Positions 9,409 to 18,531 of a DNA stretch of 64,000 nucleotides are shown one piece after another (positions within the stretch are counted from its first letter, which is position 1; each line of letters opens with the position of its first letter). Origin of the DNA: an uncultured Litoreibacter sp. (GTDB lineage Bacteria; Pseudomonadota; Alphaproteobacteria; Rhodobacterales; Rhodobacteraceae); the NCBI GenBank assembly GCA_947492995.1, contig CANLOU010000007.1, forward strand, positions 6,900-70,899, in the 5' to 3' direction. The translations under genes and the position numbers were made by a program. Below the pieces are notes generated by a model. The model had not been told where the DNA came from. It saw only the letters and a program-made list of their open reading frames with translations, and searched no databases.

Positions 9409-11391
9409 ATGACACATGCTCTCAAATCCATTTCTGTCACCATCGGCGATCTTGTCGCCCATCCCTCCAATGTGCGCAGCAATTCACCTGAAACTTACGA
9501 GACAGAGGCTATCGCCCACCTCACAGCCAGCATCGGCGTCCTCGGCATCATCCAACCGCTGCTGGTTCAAAAGATCGATGGCAAGTTCGGCGTTTTGGCT
9601 GGTGGTCGGCGCCATGCCGCGCTGAACGAATTGGTTGCTGACAAGTCCGCAAAGGGCTTTACCAAGAACACCAAGATCGAATGTCGTTTGGTGCCGGACA
9701 ATTGCGATGTGACCACGGCCCTGTCGCTGGCCGAGAACATCACACAAGCCCCGATGAACGCTATCGACGAGTTCGAAGCGTTTGCGCGAATGATGGAAGT
9801 CGACGGGCAATCGCCAGACACCATCGCCAAGACCTTCGGGACAACGACCGCAGCTGTCAAAGGCCGTTTGCGCTATGGTCTCATTCATCCCGACATCCGC
9901 GCGGCAGCCCGCGCCAAGACGATCACCCTCGATACGATGAAGGCCTTTGCGGACCATCCAAGCCAGGCCGTGCAGCTTGAAGCGTACGAGGCGCTGACGA
10001 GCGATGATAGCTATGTGCAGGCCTATACGGTGCGTCAGGCGCTCAAAACCCGCGGTGTGCAGGTCAGCGACGATATCGGAGCGTTTGTCCGCGAGGAATA
10101 TGAGGCGCGGGGCGGTCCCATCGCTGCCGATCTCCTCGAGGAGCATTCGGTGTTGGAAGACATCGCGCTTGTTGAAACCATCATGGTCGAAAAACTCACC
10201 GCCGCCGCCGAAGAGGCGCGGGCCCAAATGGGGTTTGCGTGGGCCGAGGCGTTGGTGCGTTACGATTATGCAACGATGGCAGAATATGGCCGCGTCTATC
10301 CCGGCCCGATCGAGCCCGATGCCACTGGTCAAAAGCGTGTCGATGCGATCACCGAGGAGCTCGAGAAACTGCAGATTGAGATGGAGGATGAGAGCCTAAA
10401 GACGGATGCCTACAATGCTCTCTACGACCGCGTGGATGCGCTCGAGGAAGAGGCGCGGGATCTGCAGGAGGCCTACAGTGCCGAAGATCTTGAGCAGGGT
10501 GGAGTCATCGCATCCTGGTCAAACAGCAAGATCACGCTGCATGTCGGTCTGGTACGGCCAGAGGACAAGCCTGAGGCGCCGGCGCAGACGACCAGCGCCG
10601 GCGGCACGTCCGGCGGCACAGAAGGGCAGGGCGCAGACGCAATCGTCTACCCAGCCTCGCTGACCCAAGACCTCAAGACCGAACGGGCTATGGCCCTCGG
10701 CGCTGCCATGACGCTGCATCCGGAGGCTACGCTTGATTTGACCTTGTTCAAGCTGGTCACGGACGTGCTTGGTGGCATCAGCACAACTCACGCCGTCAAG
10801 GTCGAGGCCCGCAAAGAATACCGCAGCCATGCCAAGATGGACGAGATAGATGGCACATCGCTGGAACAGGTCGCCGAGGCGCACGACGCACTCGATCTGT
10901 CTTGGGCGGATGAGGCGAAGTCTCCGGCAGATCAGTTTGCGGCGTTCCGTGCACTTGAGGCAGGCGAGAAGGCCAAATTGGTTGCCTATGCCACGGCCAG
11001 CACCACGCAATCCTGTTTTGCCCGCAGCGTTCAGAGCGACAGCCTAATGCATGACTTCGAGATCGAGGTGATGCCCGACCTTCGCGCGCATTGGACGCCG
11101 AATGCGGCGCTGTTTAACCGGTTCAAAAAGGCATGGCTGCTCAAAATCCTTGGTGAAGAGCTCGGCCTTGCGCAGGAGGCGGTGACACTGGCCTCCATGA
11201 GCAAGAAGGAGATCGTCGCCTTTTGCGACAAGCTCTTCGCCGAGCCCTTTGCGACCCTCACGGAGGCGCAGCAGCGGGCGGTTGCGGCGTGGTGCCCGCC
11301 GATGATGCAAACGACCGGGGACGCCAGCTTGGTTGTCGATGCGCAGAAAGACGCCGCTCAAGCCGAGACCGTTCAGGCGAAAGCCGCCTGA
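9409..11391 (+). CDS. ParB-like nuclease (ParB/Srx) domain protein, long C-terminal extension
   Basis: ATG at 9409 after AAAAGGA. N-terminal LVAHPSNVRS...IIQPLLV...VLAGGRRHAAL (ParB N-domain GxxRxxA). About 660 aa. Confidence 0.8.
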   Translation: MTHALKSISVTIGDLVAHPSNVRSNSPETYETEAIAHLTASIGVLGIIQPLLVQKIDGKFGVLAGGRRHAALNELVADKSAKGFTKNTKIECRLVPDNCDVTTALSLAENITQAPMNAIDEFEAFARMMEVDGQSPDTIAKTFGTTTAAVKGRLRYGLIHPDIRAAARAKTITLDTMKAFADHPSQAVQLEAYEALTSDDSYVQAYTVRQALKTRGVQVSDDIGAFVREEYEARGGPIAADLLEEHSVLEDIALVETIMVEKLTAAAEEARAQMGFAWAEALVRYDYATMAEYGRVYPGPIEPDATGQKRVDAITEELEKLQIEMEDESLKTDAYNALYDRVDALEEEARDLQEAYSAEDLEQGGVIASWSNSKITLHVGLVRPEDKPEAPAQTTSAGGTSGGTEGQGADAIVYPASLTQDLKTERAMALGAAMTLHPEATLDLTLFKLVTDVLGGISTTHAVKVEARKEYRSHAKMDEIDGTSLEQVAEAHDALDLSWADEAKSPADQFAAFRALEAGEKAKLVAYATASTTQSCFARSVQSDSLMHDFEIEVMPDLRAHWTPNAALFNRFKKAWLLKILGEELGLAQEAVTLASMSKKEIVAFCDKLFAEPFATLTEAQQRAVAAWCPPMMQTTGDASLVVDAQKDAAQAETVQAKAA

Positions 11392-11474
11392 TCGCCCCAA
11401 TGGCCCGCGCGAGGACCCAACCACGCGCGGGTCAGATCCTGACATTCCCTTGCAACACCAAGAAAGACATCCCC

Positions 11475-12068
11475 ATGGCTATTCTCAAATTCTCCGCGTC
11501 CGCTGTCGCGGCGCAAATCGCGCACGCGCGCTCGTGTGCAACCTTCCTGCCCAATTGGAACGGGCTCGTCGATAGGCCCGCCCTGATCCTCATCGTTGGG
11601 AACGGCGTGCATCTGCGCTCCAACGGCATTGACGGATCAACCACGCGCATCGTTACCACAGAACACTCTGCCCCTTCCTTTGCCTTTGCGAACGGTATCA
11701 ATCCGTTTCGGGACAGCGATTGGATGGCACAACGTCAAATGGCGTTCCGCGATCTGACCGGGCAGTTCTACACAGACATCCTTGACGATGTGCAGACACT
11801 CATTGATCGCGGGCAGGGGGCCATTCGACTGGCCACCGATGGGCATTCCATCCGCGTCTTTGTGCGCCGCGCCTCAGACTTTCTGGTCGGTGGGACCTAT
11901 GAGGTGCCATCAGGCTTGGGTGGCACATTCCGGGTGGTCATCAAGGACGCCTGCGACACCTTTGCTATCGTTCAGAACTGCGGCAACTGTGAGGACTTCG
12001 ATGCCATGCAGCCGTATCGCGTGCCCCTCGATGCGCTCATCGAACTTGAAGACCGGAGGGCCGCGTAA
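11475..12068 (+). CDS. Hypothetical protein
   Basis: MAILKFSAS... starts at an ATG in frame with the longer track ORF (11223). Its end overlaps the next start (TAATG at 12068). No motif recognised. Confidence 0.6.
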   Translation: MAILKFSASAVAAQIAHARSCATFLPNWNGLVDRPALILIVGNGVHLRSNGIDGSTTRIVTTEHSAPSFAFANGINPFRDSDWMAQRQMAFRDLTGQFYTDILDDVQTLIDRGQGAIRLATDGHSIRVFVRRASDFLVGGTYEVPSGLGGTFRVVIKDACDTFAIVQNCGNCEDFDAMQPYRVPLDALIELEDRRAA

Positions 12069-12724
12069 TGGGTTGGCTCTTTTACACCGACCGGCGAGTT
12101 CAGACCTACGCCGATGAGAAAGCAGAGATCACACGTCTCTGCACCTTCGAGACAGAGACGCGCCGCACGACACTGGTCAAAGCCAGTAAGGTTGGCTCGA
12201 CGTGGTATGCGGCAGCAAAAGTTGTGATCCTTGATGCCGCGCCTTTGAAGGATCAAACATATGTGATCGACAAGGATGGGTCGTTCACCTTCGGTGCAGT
12301 GTTTCTGACGCGGTACGACAACGGGTGCTGGGGCTACAAAGACATGGAGGAAAGCGCTGGCCCTTGCGCGTCCCGCGCGCCACTAAGCATCCTCAATCTC
12401 TTGTCCGAGTTGAAAGACTCCGACAGCTACGCCCACGCTTGGCGGCAGCGGTGTCGGGACTGGGCCGCGATCCCTGATTACGCTGAGGGCGACAAGATCA
12501 AGTTGGTTGCCCCTGTGACCCTCAGCGATGGCAGCACCTGTCAGATCGTCACCGCGACGCATTACGGGCGAGGGCGGCAAAAACGCCGCTGCTACCGCAT
12601 TGAGGAAACCGGCAGCCTTGTGCGGCTCTCAAAGGCGTCACTGGCGGGATCGACCCTCAACAGTCGCGAAATAGCTGAAGGCAGTGCGGTTTTGGCGGAG
12701 TTTTTTGCCCAGCAGACTCCATAG
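12068..12724 (+). CDS. Hypothetical protein
   Basis: 218-aa ORF, translationally coupled to the preceding gene. Contains CWGYKDMEESAGPC. No function assignable by eye. Confidence 0.6.
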   Translation: MGWLFYTDRRVQTYADEKAEITRLCTFETETRRTTLVKASKVGSTWYAAAKVVILDAAPLKDQTYVIDKDGSFTFGAVFLTRYDNGCWGYKDMEESAGPCASRAPLSILNLLSELKDSDSYAHAWRQRCRDWAAIPDYAEGDKIKLVAPVTLSDGSTCQIVTATHYGRGRQKRRCYRIEETGSLVRLSKASLAGSTLNSREIAEGSAVLAEFFAQQTP

Positions 12725-12766
12725 GAGGCCCCACAGCGCGTTCTTCGCCGTATTCTGGCCCTAGGG

Positions 12767-12803
12767 GCCTCCTCCGCGCTGCAAAGCGTAGAGGAGGCTT
12801 TTT
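12767..12803 (+). terminator. Intrinsic terminator
   Basis: GCCTCCTCCGCGCT, loop GCAA, AGCGTAGAGGAGGC (8 + 4 bp stem with a 2-nt internal mismatch), followed by TTTTT at 12799-12803. Confidence 0.6.
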
Positions 12804-12843
12804 GTCTTGTGGACCTTAACCCGGATCACAAAGGACAGAAATC

Positions 12844-15800
12844 ATGGCCCATCCCAACCCGACGCACTCCAATCAAACTCCATCTAACGCTCAGCTCAAA
12901 TCAGCCCTGTCCTTGATCGCCGCCGAGATCGCGCGCGGTCCTCTGCGCAGCTCCTCTCTCTCAAAGATCATGCGCGACACCTTTGGCGGCAGCGATGCCA
13001 GCGGGGCATGGAGTTGGCGCATGGCCTACGACATGATGCAGGCTGCTGCTGTTCAAGCGATCCTAACGGACGCCAGCGGGTCAGACCCAATTGGTGACGC
13101 AAAAAACCTCGCAACGCGGCTTTTGACCGAAACGCGCCGGTCCGAGCAACAGATCCGCCTGCAACAGTTCTCGACCCCGCTTCCTTACGCAGCCCTCGCC
13201 GTGCGCGCGGCTGCGATCCGTAACGGAGAGATTGTGTTGGAACCTTCTGCAGGAATCGGTTCATTGGCGGGGTTTGCCAAGCGGGCAGGGGCCAAGCTTA
13301 TGCTCAACGAAGTTGACCCGTTTCGCCAGCGGCTGCTCAATGTGGTGTTCGACGCGCAGGCGACGGCGCATGACGCCGAACACATCGATGATCTGCTGAC
13401 ATCAACAGCCGCCCCCAGCATTATCGTGATGAACCCGCCGTTTGCATCCTCGGTCGATCGATCCCGCGATAAGCACATTGCGGCCAAACATCTCATTGGC
13501 GCCGCGAAACGATTGGCACCCGGCGGGCGTCTTGTTGCGATCCTGCCGATGGGCTTCACCCCCGAGCGCGACGCAGCACATTGGGCGCGTGCGATGAGCC
13601 TTCTCACGCCGCGCTTGGCCCTCACCATCCCCGGCCATGTTTATCGCAAGCTCGGCACTAGCGTGGATACTCAACTAATGGTCTTTGATAAGGTCGATGA
13701 GGGAGTCGAGATGATCCGCACCTCCGTCGATGATCTCGACGCGGCGGTCAGTATCGTGGACCAGATTGCCAAAGCGCGTCCGATTGAAGCGCCAGTGAAG
13801 GCGGCACGTTCCTTGCACGTCGGGCTCCCCCTGTTGGGACCCGCGTCTCACAAAGCGCACAAGCCTGCAGTATCAAATCCATCTGGTGCCAAAACGCCAA
13901 AACACGCAGCAATACTGCTGTCATTCACTACGCTCGAGACCCCGCGCGAAAACACCCCCATCTCCGAGATCTATGCCCGTTATCGCCCGCAGCGGATCGA
14001 CATTGCGGGCGCACAGGAACACCCAACACCGCTGGTGGAAAGCATTGCCATGGCGTCGGTCGCACCCCCCGTGCCGTCCTTGCAGGCCGCCGAGGGACTG
14101 CGCCTGCCGAACCGACTGATTGCAGAAGGTCATCTCTCCGAGGCTCAACTGGAAACCATCATCATGGCCAACGATGCCCACGGGCGTGATTTGCCCGGCA
14201 AGTTCACCATCGATGACGACCAGACCAAGATGCTGCGCAGTGACGAGGATGCGGAGGCACGTGCCTACCGCTTGGGGTATTTCCTCGGGGACGGCACCGG
14301 CTGCGGCAAAGGACGTGAGTGCGCAGGCCTTATTCTGGTCAATTGGCTCTCCGGGCGGCGCAAAGCCGTCTGGGTGTCCAAATCTGCCACGCTGATTGAG
14401 GACGCCGTGCGCGACTGGACAGACCTCGGTGGCTCACCCGCAGATATCCAGCCACTCTCGAAATGGAAGCCCGACCAGCGTATCATCATGGGCGATGGCA
14501 TCTTGTTCGTGACCTATGCCACGCTGCGGTCTGCCGGCAAATGCGGTACGACACGTCTGAACCAACTGCTCGACTGGATGGGGGGCGACTTCGATGGCGT
14601 GCTCGCCTTTGATGAGGCCCACGCGATGCAAAATGCGGCCGGATCGGAGCAGGGCAGGGGGGCAAAACCGTCCCAGCAGGGTCTTGCGGGGCTGCGCCTG
14701 CAATTGGCCGCTCCGCGCGCTCGCGTCTTCTATGTCTCGGCGACGGGGGCCACATCTGTCCACAATCTCGCCTATGCATCCCGGCTTGGGCTTTGGGGCC
14801 AAGGGTCCGAATATCCCTTCCCGAGCCGCGAGAGCTTCGTCTCAGCGATGGAGGCGGGCGGTGTGGCCGCCATGGAAGTTGTGGCCCGCGATCTCAAAAC
14901 ACTTGGGTTCTATACGGCGCGGGCGTTGAGCTTTGACGGGGTCGAATACGATGTGTTGGAACATGCACTGACACCTGCCCAAACAGAGATCTACGACGCC
15001 TATGCGGGCGCGTTCCGCACGATCCACCATAACTTAGAAGCCGCACTGACCGCGACAGGCGTCAATGACGCATCGGGAGAGACAAATGCCTCTGCTGCAA
15101 AAGCATCCGCCAAATCGCGGTTTGAGAGCACAAAGCAGCGCTTCTTCAATCATCTGCTGATGGGCATGAAAGCCCCATCAATTGTCAGCGCCATTCAGCA
15201 GGACCTATCTGACGGCTATGCCTGCGTCATCCAGGTGGTCTCAACCGGCGAAAGCCTTTTGAAGCGCCGCTTGGAGATGATGGACCCTGACGATGAACTC
15301 GTCGAAGGCGCGCTAACACCGCGCGATTACGTGCTCGGCTACCTCGAACAGGCCTTTCCGATCCACACCCAGAAGCTTGTCGAGATTGACGGCAATGTCG
15401 TGGCCGAACCGCTGCGGGATGAAACAGGGGCCTTGGTCGTCTCCCGTGAAGCCTTAGCATTGCGGGACGAGGCGATGATGGATTTGATGGCGCTGGCCCC
15501 GATCCCCGCGGCACTAGATCAAATCCTCTGGGCGTTCGGGGATGAGGCAGTCGCTGAAGTCACAGGCCGGTCCATCCGCCCGCTCAAATCCAGCGACGGC
15601 GCGCTCTTCATCGAAAAGCGCAGCTCCAGCAGCAATTCCTCCGAGACGCAGGCGTTTATGGATGGCGAAAAAAACATCCTAATCTTCTCAGATGCGGGTG
15701 GCACAGGGCGGTCCTATCATGCGGCACAAACGGCGAAGAACCAGAAGCGGCGGCGGCACTACCTGCTGGAACCTGGCTGGCGGGCGGATGCAGCCATTCA

Positions 15801-17109
15801 AGGACTTGGGCGGACGCATCGCTCGGCGCAGGTCAGCGCGCCGTTCTTCCGGGTCTGCACCTCTGACGTGCATGGTGAGAAACGCTTCACATCCACAATC
15901 AGCAAGCGGCTTGATCAGCTTGGCGCGCTCACCAAGGGCCAGCGTGAGACAGGCTCGCAAGGCATGTTCCGCGAGGAGGATAATCTCGAAAGCCCCATCG
16001 CGCGGTCCGCACTGCGCGGATACTACGCCGATCTTGCCGCAGGGCGTGCGGAGGCAATGGGCTATGAGGTCTTCACCGATTGGACGGCATTGCGGCTAAT
16101 CGACAAGGATGGCGTGCTGCTGGAAGAACTGCCGCCGATCCAGCGGTTCCTCAATCGCGTCCTCGCACTGCCTATCCATATGCAGAACGCGCTCTTTGCA
16201 GAATTTATGCAGCGCATCGCGGACCAAACTGAACGTGCGCGGGACGCAGGTACGCTCGATCTCGGGGTGGAAACGCTGCGGGGCGAAACGATCAAGCAGG
16301 TTTCGGCGGAAGATCTTTGGACCTGCCCGCAATCGGGTGCAGTGACACGTATCATTGGATTGGAGGTAACAGATCCTGTTCACATTGCGCGCGCCGATGA
16401 TGCCCTTCGCAACAACGTCGACAAAATCCCTATGGTCAATCGGGCGTCTGGGCGGGCAGGGCTGATCTCAAAGCGTCCCATGCAAATGTATGACGAAGAC
16501 ATTGTCACCCTCATGCGCAAGGTGGTGCGCCCAACTGGTAAAACCTACCTCGAGGAGGCAAAGTTCGAAGCCTCGGCTTGGGAGGCGATTGACCAACCAG
16601 AGTTCATCCGGCTTTGGGATGAAGAGGCCAACAGCTTGCCCAAAACCACTACGACAAAACTCTACCTGCTCACGGGTCTGTTGCTGCCGATCTGGAAGAC
16701 CATCCCGACAAGCAACGAGCGTATTTATCGCGTCACGCCCGAGGGCTGTGCGAGCATGATCGGACGCACACTTAGTGAAGAGGGGGCCGCAGCCCTTCGG
16801 GCGCGGTTCATGACAGGGACGCCTAAAACACCGAGTGAAATGCTGACAGCTGCCCTTGGCACGACGGCACCCGTCGATCTGGGGCGCGGCCTGACGCTGA
16901 CGCGCCGCCGTGTTGCGGGTGATGTGCGCCTGGAGATCAACGGGGCGGATAAGGGTTCGATTGAGGGTCTCAAATCCCTTGGGTGTTTTACGGAGATCAT
17001 TGCCTTCCAGCTGCGGGTGTTCGTGCCGCACGGTGAAGGTGTCGATACCACTGCCATTTTGTCCCGCATCACTGGTGATAACGGCGGCAGCACGCGAAAC
17101 GCGGCCTGA
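12844..17109 (+). CDS. Giant N6-adenine methyltransferase / strawberry-notch-type SNF2-like helicase fusion
   Basis: 1421 aa. N-terminal amino-methyltransferase motif IVMNPPFASS. Central helicase motifs (GDGTGCGKGRE Walker A-like, LAFDEAHAMQNA DEAH box). Long C-terminal region. Confidence 0.85.
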   Translation: MAHPNPTHSNQTPSNAQLKSALSLIAAEIARGPLRSSSLSKIMRDTFGGSDASGAWSWRMAYDMMQAAAVQAILTDASGSDPIGDAKNLATRLLTETRRSEQQIRLQQFSTPLPYAALAVRAAAIRNGEIVLEPSAGIGSLAGFAKRAGAKLMLNEVDPFRQRLLNVVFDAQATAHDAEHIDDLLTSTAAPSIIVMNPPFASSVDRSRDKHIAAKHLIGAAKRLAPGGRLVAILPMGFTPERDAAHWARAMSLLTPRLALTIPGHVYRKLGTSVDTQLMVFDKVDEGVEMIRTSVDDLDAAVSIVDQIAKARPIEAPVKAARSLHVGLPLLGPASHKAHKPAVSNPSGAKTPKHAAILLSFTTLETPRENTPISEIYARYRPQRIDIAGAQEHPTPLVESIAMASVAPPVPSLQAAEGLRLPNRLIAEGHLSEAQLETIIMANDAHGRDLPGKFTIDDDQTKMLRSDEDAEARAYRLGYFLGDGTGCGKGRECAGLILVNWLSGRRKAVWVSKSATLIEDAVRDWTDLGGSPADIQPLSKWKPDQRIIMGDGILFVTYATLRSAGKCGTTRLNQLLDWMGGDFDGVLAFDEAHAMQNAAGSEQGRGAKPSQQGLAGLRLQLAAPRARVFYVSATGATSVHNLAYASRLGLWGQGSEYPFPSRESFVSAMEAGGVAAMEVVARDLKTLGFYTARALSFDGVEYDVLEHALTPAQTEIYDAYAGAFRTIHHNLEAALTATGVNDASGETNASAAKASAKSRFESTKQRFFNHLLMGMKAPSIVSAIQQDLSDGYACVIQVVSTGESLLKRRLEMMDPDDELVEGALTPRDYVLGYLEQAFPIHTQKLVEIDGNVVAEPLRDETGALVVSREALALRDEAMMDLMALAPIPAALDQILWAFGDEAVAEVTGRSIRPLKSSDGALFIEKRSSSSNSSETQAFMDGEKNILIFSDAGGTGRSYHAAQTAKNQKRRRHYLLEPGWRADAAIQGLGRTHRSAQVSAPFFRVCTSDVHGEKRFTSTISKRLDQLGALTKGQRETGSQGMFREEDNLESPIARSALRGYYADLAAGRAEAMGYEVFTDWTALRLIDKDGVLLEELPPIQRFLNRVLALPIHMQNALFAEFMQRIADQTERARDAGTLDLGVETLRGETIKQVSAEDLWTCPQSGAVTRIIGLEVTDPVHIARADDALRNNVDKIPMVNRASGRAGLISKRPMQMYDEDIVTLMRKVVRPTGKTYLEEAKFEASAWEAIDQPEFIRLWDEEANSLPKTTTTKLYLLTGLLLPIWKTIPTSNERIYRVTPEGCASMIGRTLSEEGAAALRARFMTGTPKTPSEMLTAALGTTAPVDLGRGLTLTRRRVAGDVRLEINGADKGSIEGLKSLGCFTEIIAFQLRVFVPHGEGVDTTAILSRITGDNGGSTRNAA

Positions 17110-17114
17110 TCAGC

Positions 17115-17181
17115 GGGGCAAGTGCCCCGTTTCCTAAGCAAATCCAGAATCCCAAAGCCCGCTCCAGTGCGCGGGCTTTGG
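17115..17181 (+). terminator. Two tandem hairpins after the methyltransferase-helicase gene
   Basis: GGGGC-AAGT-GCCCC followed by GTTT (17115-17133). Then CCAAAGCCCGC (17152-17162), N8, GCGGGCTTTGG (17171-17181). The second hairpin has no clean U-tract. Confidence 0.45.
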
Positions 17182-17215
17182 CTTCATGCCACCGGAAAAC
17201 GTATCGGAGACCACT

Positions 17216-17428
17216 ATGAACATTGAAGCTATCAAAGCCGCAGTGGATGCGGGTCAGACCGTCCACTGAGCGAACACGGGCTACATCGTGCACAAAGACG
17301 TCCTCGGCCAATACCTGATCACTAATTGCCATGGTGGCAGCACCATCGGTCTGACGGATTAGTCGGGAACCCGCTTGAACGGGGATAAGGCAGAATTTTT
17401 CGTTGCGGTTGCAAACAATGACCAGTGA
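17216..17428 (+). pseudogene. Small ORF disrupted by two in-frame stop codons
   Basis: GGAGA RBS, then ATG at 17216. The frame reads MNIEAIKAAVDAGQTVH-TGA(17267)-ANTGYIVHKDVLGQYLITNCHGGSTIGLTD-TAG(17360)-SGTRLNGDKAEFFVAVANNDQ-TGA(17426). All three segments are in one frame and look protein-like. Confidence 0.6.
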
Positions 17429-17642
17429 TCGAGGCTGGATGCGCCACATGAGATGGCCTCAAAAACGGGGGAGCGCGTTTGGCGACGCTACCTCTTCACA
17501 TCGTGGGACAGTGGATTTGGAGACCGAGGGAGAAAGTTGAAAGCAGGCTTTCTGTTCTGTGATCCCATGAGGGGTCAACAAAGCAATCTCGGATGGTCTG
17601 GCAAGATGTCAGGTCCCGATAACCCAAAGAAGGAACTATCCC

Positions 17643-18371
17643 ATGTTCGCAGGAACCCTTACCAAAGCCGCCGACACCGCAGCCGCAGTCTTCACCGGCA
17701 CAATCCACAACACGAAGTTCGACATCGCGATCCAGCTGGAAACGCGCCCGAAGATGTCCGAGCGCAGCCCGGACTTCGACGTTACCGCCGTCAATAAGTC
17801 CGGTCGCAAGGTGCGTGTCGGCACGGCTTGGAACGAAACCGGAAACACCAGTGGTAATCCCTACATTTCGATGCAGATCGATGTTGGTCTCGGCCCGTTC
17901 CGCGTAAATGCGGTGCAAACGCAGGAAGTCCGCAAAGCCAAGAGCGAAGACTTCGAGATCATCCCGTTGGTCTCAAACGGCACGATGAAATCCGGCTCAA
18001 TCTCAGGTGAGCTGACGGCGATGGATGCTGACAACGCCTTTGCAGGTTACATTGCCAACATGATGTTTGATCTGGACTTCATGCTCATCGAGAACGACTA
18101 CAAGACCGAAGAAACTCATCCCGACTACCGGATCGAAGTCAGCTCGCCGAAGGGCAAGGCGATCCGCGTCGGTTCCGCTTGGATGGCGAAAAGCACCCGG
18201 ACCGGCAATGATTATCTGTCGTTGCTGATCAACACGCCTGACGGTGATTTGCGGGTCAATGCCGTGCAGAACGAAGAGCAACGGGGTGGGCAGACGTTCT
18301 CGATCATTCCGTTTGTGCAGAGCGGGGATGAGCAGCCGGACGCAAGCGGTGGGTTGTCACTGGTTGCTTGA
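17643..18371 (+). CDS. Tandem double DUF736 protein
   Basis: 242 aa made of two homologous halves: VRVGTAWNETGNTSGNPYISMQIDVGLGPFRVNAVQ and IRVGSAWMAKSTRTGNDYLSLLINTPDGDLRVNAVQ. This matches the DUF736 pattern (GAAW...G..YLS..LD). Confidence 0.75.
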   Translation: MFAGTLTKAADTAAAVFTGTIHNTKFDIAIQLETRPKMSERSPDFDVTAVNKSGRKVRVGTAWNETGNTSGNPYISMQIDVGLGPFRVNAVQTQEVRKAKSEDFEIIPLVSNGTMKSGSISGELTAMDADNAFAGYIANMMFDLDFMLIENDYKTEETHPDYRIEVSSPKGKAIRVGSAWMAKSTRTGNDYLSLLINTPDGDLRVNAVQNEEQRGGQTFSIIPFVQSGDEQPDASGGLSLVA

Positions 18372-18400
18372 TCAGATCGTGACTATCGACAGACAGGGCA

Positions 18401-18433
18401 GGGGAGCCGCGGCAACGCGGTTCCCCTTTTTTT
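18401..18433 (+). terminator. Strong intrinsic terminator
   Basis: GGGGAGCCGCG, loop GCAA, CGCGGTTCCCC (one G-U pair), then T7 at 18427-18433. A second hairpin, GACGAGA-GAAT-TCTCGTC, lies at 18443-18460. Confidence 0.75.
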
Positions 18434-18531
18434 GTTTCTGCTGACGAGAGAATTCTCGTCTTAGACGTGCATGGACGACCAAATTCTACACTTGGCTGGG
18501 ATATCACTTCGAACATGCTAAACAGTTAGCT

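Noticed and set aside
9484-10332. 282-aa minus-strand ORF inside the ParB-like gene
   Set aside because: It is fully antisense to a gene with clear ParB motifs. Its composition is Arg/Gly/Leu-rich, typical of shadow ORFs in GC-rich DNA, and it has no RBS or recognisable motif.
11404-11431. CCCGCGCG-N12-CGCGCGGG hairpin after the ParB-like gene
   Set aside because: It is GC-rich but has no following T-tract, and the next gene starts 44 nt later. I did not call it a terminator.
12968-17141. Multiple 90-190-aa ORFs on both strands within the methyltransferase-helicase gene (for example 13185-13628, 16468-17031, 16725-17141)
   Set aside because: They are all nested in, or antisense to, a continuous 1421-aa ORF with MTase and helicase motifs. 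Their sequences are low-complexity and Arg/Pro/Ala-rich.
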